Source of the DNA: Hypanus sabinus
Lineage: Eukaryota
NCBI RefSeq assembly: GCF_030144855.1
Contig: NC_082713.1
Coordinates: forward strand, 160,208,001-160,272,000
Direction of reading: 5' to 3'
DNA: 64,000 nt
The notes below the pieces were generated by a model. That model had not been told where the DNA came from. It ran no database searches and saw only the letters and a program-made list of their open reading frames with translations. The position numbers and the translations under genes were made by a program. This document shows, in pieces, positions 13,001 to 25,000 of the stretch. Position 1 is the first letter of the stretch. The number at the start of each line of letters is the position of its first letter.

Positions 13001-16000
13001 TGGTTGCTGGAGTTCAAGATAACCTTTGTATTTTCCAGGCATCCTTACGTCCTGCCGCTTTCAGCTGATAGATGATTTGCTTCAGTATTAACTGATCTGT
13101 AAATGGAATTAAAACAGGTCTGGTTACACACTATGTGTTGCTTCTTCCACAGTATGGATCAGAGCCTGCAGGTGGAGTTGAACATGTTCCACCAGGCTGG
13201 GATTACTGGTATGCTCTGGTAGGTTTTTTTTTAGTTTGTATTGTCTACAAATTAATGACCTAGCTGTGTAATTTGTGTTGGACTGTAGACTAATCATTGG
13301 GATAAATCTAATGGATTGCTTTAGAGTGTATTCCAAATTTTTTTTTAAGTGTGAATACTTTTTAAAAAAAAAATGTAAAATTGGAAGAGAGGTCTATAAC
13401 AATTTCACAAGAAATGAAAATGTAATGTGTTGCATTTAATATAAAAAAAATCACTATCATATTTCTGTGCTATTAGTATTTTATTTTGGAATGGGACATT
13501 TGTGTCTACTTGAGTATAATCCCAAAACTGGCTGGTTACTCCTTTCTGACAGGTGAAGAATTCAAAATATTATAACTACACACTTTCTGTCAACGGAAAG
13601 CCACAGCATCATGGCCAGAACTATAGTAAAGATTATCTAACTGATTTACTAGTAAGTAACTTAATTTTTCTTGTTTACCAATAATGACTAGAGCACAAAA
13701 GTTTCTTGATGAGTTCAAGTACCATGCAAACGCGTTAATCCATATCAGCTGCTTTAGTGAACTGCTGTGATATGGAATGTTGGTAACATTCAGTCTTCTG
13801 ATCCATTCCTGAGCAGCCAGTAAAATGTATTTCCCTACATCCAGTCTCTGCCCAGTTAGACGGAAACAACTACTGTAATTTTCAAGGTTTTCTCACTACT
13901 TTTTTGTTGTCCCAATGTGCTTTGAATCCAAATGAAGAACTATTGCAATGTAGCATGCCTGCGACTTGTTTAAACTTTGCAGAGTGCCGACAATTGCAGT
14001 AAGTTGTCTTGCTAGCTTGGAGATTTTTCATATCTCCTTGGAAAGGATGTAGCATTGACCATGCAACATTCCATTTGTGATATTCTTGGATAACAGCCTA
14101 ATTCTGCTAAATCCTAGAGCAGACTTTAATTCTATTGTCATGGCTGGAGGACTAGTTTTTGACTGGCATAAATGCTGTAAATTAGATTTTATACTTTAAT
14201 ATTTTCCAATTGCATATATTTATTTTCAATGCTTTCAAGTTGTAACTAAAGCTTTAAGGTATTGAATCATATGCACCACCCTGCCCTCTCTCCACCTTGC
14301 TGCTTTGCCTTCATTACATTCAACAAAGGAGGTATCAGAAGTGGAACACAATTGTGCAAGAATAGCAATGATTATTGTTCAAGGATGAATTGCAGGTCTA
14401 GGTTTCTTCAATAAGCTAAGCTCAACTGTGATAATAAATTAGTGCACAGAATCAGTAATATTTAAGATCATGTAACATGGAGAGATTTGGGCTATTACTT
14501 CCCCTTGGGTCCTCTCCTCCTTCCCTTTCTCCTATGGTCCACTTTCCTCTCCTATCAGAATCCTTCTCCAGCCCTTAAACTTGCCCACCCATCAGACTTC
14601 ACCTATCACCTTCCAGTTAGCTGCCGCCTCCTCTCCTCACCTTTTTATTCTGGTGTCTTCCCCCTTCCTTCTCAGTCCTGAAGAAGGATCTCTGCCCAAA
14701 ATATGGACTGCTTATTCATTTCCATAGATGCTGCCTGACCTGCTGAGTTCCTCCACCACTTTGTGGGTGCGTGTTGCTTTGGACTACAATAGTTTCTTTG
14801 TTCCTGGTCTAGTGGAATGAATGGGCAGTATGTGGTATTTTTATTACAAGTTGCCCTCTGTTTACAGACTGTGATCTTAAAATCATTATTTGAACTTGAT
14901 GGCACATTTATAATTGCTACACTTTTTGTTTGGTAGTCGAATGTTTCATTGGAATTCTTGGAATACAGACCCAAGTATGTGCCTTTCTTCATGATGATCT
15001 CAACTCCAGCACCACACTTCCCTTGGACTCCTGCCCCACAATATGAAAAAAATTTTATGAAAGTGAAAGCACCAAGGAACAGTAACTTTAATATACATGG
15101 AAAGGTAAAAAAAAATTTGAGTGATTTTATTTGTGCAATAAACTGGGAACCAAAAATAATTTTGAATAATATTTTGCATGTTAACTATTAAGACTCGTTT
15201 CTGGTTTGGGCTGTAATCATTTGTATTGATATTGTAATATGCTTTCTGTAACGTGAGTAGTATGACTTAAAGACAACTAATTTAGCTTTGTTGGATGGGT
15301 TTTCATGGAGTTTGTTAAAATATTATCTTTGGAAGCTCCTATAAAAGTTTGAGTATACATTCATAAACCTTGTATTAAGGTAGATGAGGAAAGTACAGTT
15401 TTCAATTTGTGGTTTGCATATTAATACATTTAAAAGACTGGTGTATCTATTCTATGTACTTTAATGTGGTCATGTCTTAATTAACCATCCTTTTGAACTC
15501 TTCAAAGGATAAACATTGGCTAATCAGGCAAGCAAAGACGCCCATGTCCAACTCTTCAATTCAATTTCTGGATAATGCTTTTCGAAAAAGGTACAGTTCT
15601 TTCTCATGCTTAACTTTTTGCAGATTTGCAAAGGATGAATTCTCAATCCTAAGTACATGTTTTTCGCCCCCCTTAGATGGCAAACATTATTATCAGTGGA
15701 TGACCTTGTTGAAAAAGTAGTGAAGAAACTGGATGCAATCAAAGAGTTAGAAAACACCTATATTTTCTTTACATCAGATAATGGCTACCATACAGGTAAA
15801 CACTAGGAACTTTATGCTGTGACAAGGTTTGAGCTTTATTTAAGCTAGCCAGGTTTGTTCAGTTAGGAGCCTTCTTGTGTACAGTTGTCTCCCCCCCCCC
15901 CCCCCCCCCCCCACTTTTACCAAGGTACAACGTTCCTATGAAACCTTTCTTAAGCCGAAATGGCATAAAGCGAAGAACCATTATTTATATGGGAAAAGTT

Positions 16001-19000
16001 TTCGTAAAAGCGAAAATCTGCTTTGTAATGTGAAAACAGGTTACTAATGTAGGTCTTTTCTAAAAGCTAAGTGGCTTAAAGCAAATTCATAAAGTGGGGG
16101 ATGCCTATAGTGGGATTATAAATGGAACATGTACTGCTTTGTACCTTGGATGGTTGCATGAAAGACTGATACAAAGGTTTATCAATATGCTTTGAGATGG
16201 AATGTATGACCAGTACAGTTCAGAAAATACTTTTACAATTAATGTTTAGATTTTGGCTTGACATCAATAAGGAATTCTTTGTTTGCATGATAAAAACATA
16301 GAAAACCTACAGCACAATACAGGCCCTTTGGCCCACAATGCTGTGCTGAACATGTACTTTACATGTGTAATTTTTATATTTATATCTCTCCTGTTTGAAA
16401 TGGGTAGAATTCTGCTTTGTAACTGGGGTTTAAATTGTTCAAGCAGTCTTCTCAGCCTCACCTTCAGCAATCTTCTGCTCCTCTGAGAATTTGCAAACTT
16501 TTCTTGCTGCTGCCTGTAAGGAGTTTGTACACTCTCCCCGTTACCACGTTGGTTTCCTCCGGGTGCTCCAGTTTCCTCCCATGTCTTAAAAGACCGACCA
16601 GTGGATAGGTTTATTAGTCATTGTAAATTGCCTGTGATGAGGCTAGGAACAAATCGGGGAGTTGCTGGATGGCATGGCTCCAAGGGCTGGAAGGGTCTGC
16701 TCCGTTCTGTATGTCAATAAATAAATCATCCTTTGCCATTTATCAATGTACTCATCTCAGAACCGCTTGATGTAATAATACAAGACTGAGGCAGCATTGT
16801 TTTATTCTGTTCTAAAGAAAATGCGTGGATAGCAGAAATATTAAAATAAAAGCAGAAGTTCTGTAAATACTCAAATTAGAGAGCATCTAAATGAAAGATG
16901 ATTGGTGTTCATCTGATGCAAAGTCAGTCTTATTTCAGAGTATTTACTAGTAAAAATAAAACTCTATCTGCTATAAATTTGTATTTAGTGGGACTTTCTG
17001 CTATAGTAATGTACTGTTTTAAATGTTTTTCAGGTCAGTTTTCTTTGCCAATTGACAAACGACAGCTGTATGAGTTTGATATCAAAGTGCCATTACTAGT
17101 GCGAGGACCTCACATAAAATCTAACACTAGTAATAAGGTATGTGCTGCAGGCTGAATTTTCAGTCCAAGACTTGTGTTCAAAATTATCTAAAGAAGAAGG
17201 CAGGCATAATATTTTAATCTGTTTATATGCACCTGCGATGTTTCAGAAGCCAAAGTGGCTTTATGAATTCAAGGGTAGTAATTCTTTTGTAAGTGTAATT
17301 TTGTTTTTTTTTAATGCTCATCTGAACCAGCATGTAGTCTTTGAAGCCATCTCTTTGACTTGTAGGGAAAGACAGTCTAACCAACCATTCATCTTTTAAT
17401 TTTTTTTTTTGTTTTACTTTGTCTGGTGTCAGTCTCTCTCTGACAATATCATACTAGGCTTAATACATGCAGAAACTCATAACTGACCCTCCTGTGCTCT
17501 TGATGCCATCTGCCTGCGGCCTCTCCCAGCCTCTGAGTTCACTAAAAGATTATTTAGCATCATAAGCAGTTGCTAACATCCATATTCCCTTTATTATTCA
17601 AGAATATTGGAATTAAACATGAATGTAAAATGTTTTCTAGATTTAAACAGGATATGGAATTTTACTTTATTTCCCTTTTTCCGTTGCATACTTGTGGGGA
17701 TATAAACTTGTGGCTAGGAAGCAGTGTCCTGACTCATTTAACATTATAGAAAATGTCAGAGTATTTTTTGATTGTAATTCCTGCTGGTTGGATAGCTTAC
17801 TTCATAACAAATTTTCACTTGTAAAAATATGCCCATTTCAGTGAACAACATCCTTTTGGTCAATATTTTCGGCTTACTTAAGTTGTAAGCTGGTTCCAGC
17901 ATACCTTCTGCACTCTGAGAGATACAGGTTGTTCTTAAAGAGCGATCTTATGGAGATAGAATAGCTTGAGGTAAAAATTGTTGCTGGGTTCTCCTGTGTT
18001 TGCCGTCACATTCATCTGCTTATCAGGTGCAAGTATCAATAAATTTTCCGAAACTAATTATTTGCAGCTTTTTTCTGCATTGAGTAAACGAATTTCAAGA
18101 ACCATTTTTGCATATGAATAACATTATTTTGTATCTGAATAATAGGTTTCTTGAACTGCCTCCATCTCTTCACCTCTCTGCCTTTCTCCAATCTGTGCCC
18201 AAAAAAAAATGTTCTCTGGATAATGTACCCAAGCAACATTGTTGATTCCCTCTCTGGGAAAAACAATTTCTCTTTAGTTTATGATCCCCTTCCCATTTGC
18301 TGTCTCCATCCTAAAATATAACAAATCACTTCTTGCCCCCTCTTCTTGTAATACTGAATCTCTGAAGTGATTTTTCTGTCCAACAAACAGATAAAATTAC
18401 GGGAAGTTTATTGATTAGAAGGGAATTGATCAACCTACTTACGTAGATTATGCATAGCTCTTTAGAAAGTCAGCTCTTGAAGGAAAGTAAGGTCTGAAAT
18501 AGCAATATTTCTGTGGAGTAAAGGAAATTACAGTGGTATGAGAGAGGAGGTGGCCAAAGTAAATTGGACGGAGCTGCTGGTGGAGATGACAACAGGGCAG
18601 CAACAGCTTGAGTTTCTGGGGAAAATGTGGAAGGTGCAGGACAGATGTACTTCAAAAACTTGGAAATGCTCAAATGGCAAAATAGTACATCTGTGACTGA
18701 CAAGGGAAGTCAAAGCTAATGTAAAAACAAAAGAGGGGGCAAAAATTACCTGGAGGATAGAGGATTGGGAAGCTTTTTAAAAACCTAGAGGGCAACTAAA
18801 AGAATCATTAGAAGGGAAAAGATGAAATATGAAAGCAAACTAGCGAATAATATCAAAGTGGATAGTAAAAGCTGCTTCAAGAATGTTTTTAAAAGAAATG
18901 AGTGGATGTGGGACTGCTGGAAAATAAGGCTGGAGAAATAACAGGGAACAAGAAGATGGCAGATGAACTGAATTGAGTATCTTGCATCAGTCTTCACTTT

Positions 19001-22000
19001 GGAAGACAGTAGGAGTGTGCCAAATGTTGTGGTGTGTGAGGAAAGAGAAGTGAGTGCAGTTACTATTACAAGGGAGAAGAAGCTCAAAAAGCTGAAAGAC
19101 CTAAGGGTACATAAGTCACTTGGACCAGATGAACTGCTCCCTGGGGTTCTGATATAGTTAGCAATTGCGATTGTGGAGGCATTAACAGTGATCTTTCAAA
19201 AATCATTGAACGTTGGTATGGTGCCAGAGGACTGGAATATTGCAAATGTCACTTCACTCTTTAAGAAAGGAAAGCAGCAGAAAGGAAACTATAGACCGGT
19301 TAGCCTGACCTCAGTGGTTGGGAAGATGTTGGAGTCAATTGTTAAGAATGAGGTGAGGAAGACTTGGTGACTCGAGACAAGATAGGACAAAGTTGGCGTG
19401 GTTTCCTTAATGGAAAATCTTGCCTAATTTGGAATTCTTCGAGCAGTTTTCAAGTAGGATAGATAAAGGGAATGTAGTGGATGTTGTACATTTGGATTTT
19501 CAGAAGGCCTTTGATAAGGTGCCACACATGAGGCTGCTTACCAAGTTAAGAGCCCATGATATTACAGGAAAGTTACTAGCATGGTTAGAGCATTGGCTGA
19601 TTGGTAAGAGGCAGTAAGTGGGAATAAAAGGATCCCTTTCTGGTTGGCTACCAGTGAGTAGTGGTGTTCTGCAGGGGGTTGGTCTTGGGACTGCTTTTTG
19701 TGCTGTATATCAATGATTTAGATGATGGAGTAGATGGCTTTGTTGCCAAATTTTCAGATTTTAAGATTGGTGGAAGGAGAGGTTCTATTGAGGAAACACG
19801 TAGGCTGCAGAAGGACAGATTAGGATAATAGCCAGGGAAGTGGAAAATGAAATGCAGTGTTGGAAAATTCATGGTCATGAACTTTGGTAATAGAAATAGG
19901 TGTGCAGACTATTTTCTAAACTGGGCAAAAATCCAATAATCTGATGTGAGTCCTTCTGCAAGTTAACCTTTGAGGGTATTCTGCATGTTGAGTCAGCGGT
20001 GAAGAGAGCAAATGCAATGTTAGCATTCATTTCAAGAGATCTTGAATACAAATGCAGGAATGTGATGCTGAGGCTTTATAAGGCACTAGTGAGGTCTCTC
20101 CTTGAGTATTGTGAATAGTTTTGGGCCCCTTCATTGTAGTAAAGATGTGCTGGCATTGGAGACGGTCCAGAAGCAGTTCACAAGGATGATTGAGAAAGGA
20201 AGGGTTATCAAACAAGGAACATTTAATGGCTCTGGGTCTGTACTCTGGAATTTAGAAGGATCATGAAGGGGGATCATTGAAACCTTTCGAATGTTGAAAG
20301 TCCTGGACAGAGCAGATGTGGAAAGGATATTTCCCATTGTGGGGATGTCTAGGGAAAGAGGTCACAGCCTAGGATAGAGGGGTATCAATTTAAACCAGGA
20401 ATGTGGAGAAATTTCTTTAGCCAAAGGGTGAAGAATTTGTAGCGTTTGCTACCACTGGCAGCTGTGGAGGTTGGGTCATTGGGTATATTTAAGGCAGAGA
20501 TTGATAAGTTCTTTACTGGACACTGCATCAAAGGTTACGGGAAGAAGGCCAGGAAATGGGGTTGAGAAGTGGTAAAAAAAGGACCAACCATGACTGAATG
20601 ATGGAGCAGACTCAATAGGCCAAATGGCCTAATTCTGTTCCTATATCTTGTGGACTTGTGTTAAGTTCTGTTTGAAGCTATCAGTCCATTAAATCAACCA
20701 GTTTCAAAATCTGATTTTCTGCTTGCTCATCTTCTCCCTTGTTTGAAGTGCTAAAATTTGATACAAACTAATGAACTGCTTTTTTTTTTTAGAGAATGCA
20801 ATCTCCAGTTTTGTGCAACCACAAAATTATTGTTTTGGAAAGCAAGACTGGATTATGCAAACCAGAAAGCAGCATGAAGCACTGAATTCTTTTCCTTGCC
20901 TCTAAGGTTTTACATTAGGGTTCCCTGACAGACCTGAGACACTGTCCTTTCCCAAAGTGTTATTAAACCAGAGCTGCTCATTCTGTGGTGTAAGCAACTA
21001 CAAGTTTGGTGACCATCTCCAATCCAAATTGCTTCCAGCAGGACTGTAAACTAAATGAGCATTTACAGCCAAGGGTGGGATATTCTGACCCACAATATTT
21101 CAGCAATCTACTTTCTCTTTTGAACTTAGAAACGTGTTCACACGTGCAGAAACCTAAAAACATTTAAGGCATTATAATAGTGTCCTGTCGAAACATAGAA
21201 AATCCACAGCACTTCGCAGGTCCTTTCACCCACAACGTTGTGCTGACCATGTAACCTAATCCAGAAGCTGCCTAGAATTTCCCTACTGCATAGTGTTCAT
21301 CAAATTCATTTAAATGAGTTAAATTTTATTTTGGATAATTTAACAATATTACTATGCTGTATATTTGCATTCCATATTTTTATGGTTCTCGAAATTCAGA
21401 CTTAATTCTGTGAATTGAAATTCCTTCATAAATTGAATCTATTCCCCATGCATATGATTTGGATGATAATCTCTTTAAAATTATGTGACAGTTGTTTTCC
21501 CCTAAAATTGGTCAACCACTGAAATAAGTTCTATTGAATATATTGTGAGGAGAGTGAGATCTATAGCAGTTGGATTGAAATGAATCATTTTCTGATTTTT
21601 CTGTGCTACTGATAAATCTCTGAATTCAGCAACCAGTTCTCATTTTTGGCACTGTCTTTAATCTTTTTAAAATTAATTGGAAAGACTCTAGCAAAGTTTA
21701 AATTGAGAATATTTCTTTCTTCTCCAGCTGCTTGTAGCAAATATTGATTTGGCTCCCACGATCTTGGATATTGCTGGCTATGACATTAACAAGACGAGGA
21801 TGGATGGCAAGTCTCTCCTGCCTCTGCTGGTAGGTTTGTAATTAGCTGATTAGGTTTGTGTAGCCAATAGATTTTTTAAAAATCTATTTTTTTTAAAATA
21901 GATAACATTTATTATAGCTAACATTTTTCAGGTATTTCCAATCATATAAAAAGGTAACTCTGTGAGATAACTAATTTCATCATCAATTTAACACAGATCT

Positions 22001-25000
22001 ACCTCGAGCTTTATTTTGGCTGCAAATCCATGACAAAGAAGTTGGATTTTATGATGATAAAACTCAATAATCATTAAACATAATTTGGGTACGTTGGTAG
22101 CATAGCAGTTACTACAGCTCGGGGCATTCCAGAGTTCAATTTTGGCACCGTACAATCAGGAATCACTGTATGTCCTCCTTGTGGAAGTGTGGATCTTCCC
22201 CCAAGTGTTCCGGTTTCATCCCAAAATCCATGGACATGCCAGGTAGGTTAATTGGTCATGATAAATTGTCCCGTGATTAGGTTGGGGCAGCAGGGCTCAA
22301 AGGGCCTACTCCACACTGTACCACTAAATAAATAAATACATTTTGAGGGGGTTAATGTGCATATTTAAGAATGTTGTACACTATATCTGAAACTGACTTT
22401 GTGACTCGTCATTCTTCTTTCGTCAGAATGATGCTGCAAAAAACGTGACCTGGAGGACTGACCTCCTTGTGGAGTATCAAGGGGAGGGACGGAATAAATG
22501 TGACCCTTACTGTCCTTCATTAGGGCCTGGGGTGACAGTAAGTTTTATTTCTGATGCTGTAAAGTTTGTATGCTATTTGAAGGCAATTGTAACATAAATA
22601 ACTTAAATGCAGGCTTTAACAAAATTGAGGAAACTTCCTAAGTAAGTTTGGAGTGTGTGTTTGAAACTTCAGTTGTCCTGGGGTTGTAAAAAGGCCTAGA
22701 GTTCTTTTTAAAAAGTTGTCATAGCTTCCACCAAGCATTTACTTGGAGTAGGTAACACACATAAAATGCTGAAGGAACTCAACAGGTCAGGCAGCAGCTG
22801 TGGAAATGATGAAACAGTCAGCATTTTCCAGCCAAGGCCCTTCAGGATTGGGAAGGAAGGGGGAAGACGCCGGAATAAAAATAGTGAGGGGAGGGGAAGG
22901 AGGCTAGCTGTAAAGTGACAGGTGAAGCCAGGTGGATGGGAAAGGGAATGAGATGGAGAAAGAATCTGAAAAGAGAGTGGACCATAAGAAGAAAGGGAAG
23001 AAGGAGGGGGCCCAGGGGAACTTATGGGCAGGTGAGAAGTAAAAGGGTTGATAGTGGTAAGAAAGTCAACTTGGTTGTATACTTCCATTGCCTGCTGTAA
23101 AACATTCCTTGGTGTTGATGAGTGGCAAAATTTTAAAGGGGAGTTGTGTGTTTTTTTTTAAAAGGGGGGAATGGGAAATTAAATTGCGGAACCTCTTGAA
23201 AATAATGAAAGGGGAATGGAACTAAAGGGATTTCTGTGGGGTTGAGCATAGAGCCATGGACCGAATGGCTGCATTGTATGATAATAAATATGTTAACTCC
23301 ACTTATTGTATCTAACCTTTTCCTGTAGAGCTGCTTCCCTGATTGTGTATGTGAAGATGCATATAACAACACCTATGCGTGTGTGAGAACTATTGCCACC
23401 CCAGCTGACCTACAGTACTGTGAATTTGATGATAGTGAGGTGAGTGCAGTTGAGGTACAATTCCATTGTCCTTTTTTTTGTTGTCTGTTCATTAAAATGA
23501 TGCTTTCTCCGCACTGTTTTCTCCATTAAACTATTCAAGCCAGTTGGAGTTTCTTTAGTCATTATACTAATATCTGGTTTAAATGGTCTGTCGTTATGGT
23601 GACATTTTAATGTAATTGGGGCAGTTTCATTGGAAGATAAGACCAACTTCTGAAGAGGAAGGTTCTACCCAATTTGTGTTTGTAGGCTAACTTTAAATTA
23701 TTAGTCTTGATGAACGTTTGGGAAAATTTCCAGCAAGATTTGAGTTTGAATTGTAATTGTACTTGAATTGTAATTTCAGTACAATGTAAGTTTATTATCA
23801 AGGTACATGTATGTATGCCACCATATGTAACCCTGAGATTCATTTTCTTGGAGGCTGAAAATCCATAATAGAACAAAAACTCTCTCAAAATCAATGAAAG
23901 ACCACATCAACCTGGGCGCTTAACCAATGTGCAAAACCCAACAAACTGCAAATACAAAGATAGAGATAATAAATAAGCAATAAATATTGAGAACATGTGA
24001 TGAAGAGTCTTTGAAATGTTCCCACAACCCATGGACTCACTTTCAATGATGGGACAAGTGAAGTTGAGTGAGGTTATCCCCTTTTGGTTCAAGAATCTGA
24101 TGGTTAAGGGGTAATAATTTCCTAAACCTGGTGTTGTGGATCCTGAGGCTCCTGTACCACCTTCCTGATGGCAGCAATGGGGAGAAGGCATGCCCTGCCA
24201 TTTGGGGGGTCTCCGAGGGATGCTGCTTTCCTACAGCAACACTTCATGAAGATGTACTCTGGGTGCAGAGGGTTTTATCCGTGATGCTGTGGGCTGTATT
24301 AGATGGTTTTTGTAGGATTTTCTGTTTGAGAGCATTGGTATTTCCATACTAGGCTATGTTTTGCTTTTTTTTTGTAGTCCTGTAGGTAAAGTCTTTGGAA
24401 CCCTTCAAAGAACTGTGAAAATGGGGTCTGCTTGCTGGTAAAGCAGAGGTTGATATTTGTTATAAGCAAGGGATTTAAAGATTATTAGGATATGTAGGAA
24501 GAAGTAGTAATGGGGTCAACCATTGTCTTGATGATTAACTACAGGTTTGAGGGGCTGAGTTGCCTACCTCTGTCCACAGTTCTAATCAGGTACAAGCATT
24601 CCAATTAGTCAGTCTTCATGATTTGATTTCCTGTAATGAAAATGCCATTTCTTTTGGTAGGTGCTGAGTTATTGATTTTTTCAATAACTCAAGTCTCGTT
24701 GTCTACTTGCATTGGTAGGAAGTGAGGTAGAACTGAATGGATAAGGTGCCACAAAATCTAACCTTTTAACGTAGCAGGCCTTGTGATCATTAAATAGCAA
24801 TGATTTTGAAACTGGAATTGGCCTAATGGCAACTTTTGTAGTGCCGGTGAAGTATAAATGAACCTGGCTAGATTATCTTCTGATAGAAAACTCATTTGTT
24901 GGATGTTGGCCCCCTCTGTCCTGTCTTTGATTAATCTGCAGGAATTTCCCTCTGCAACATGACAGGACGAGATTCAAGGTGGATGGGGATGTGATGTATA

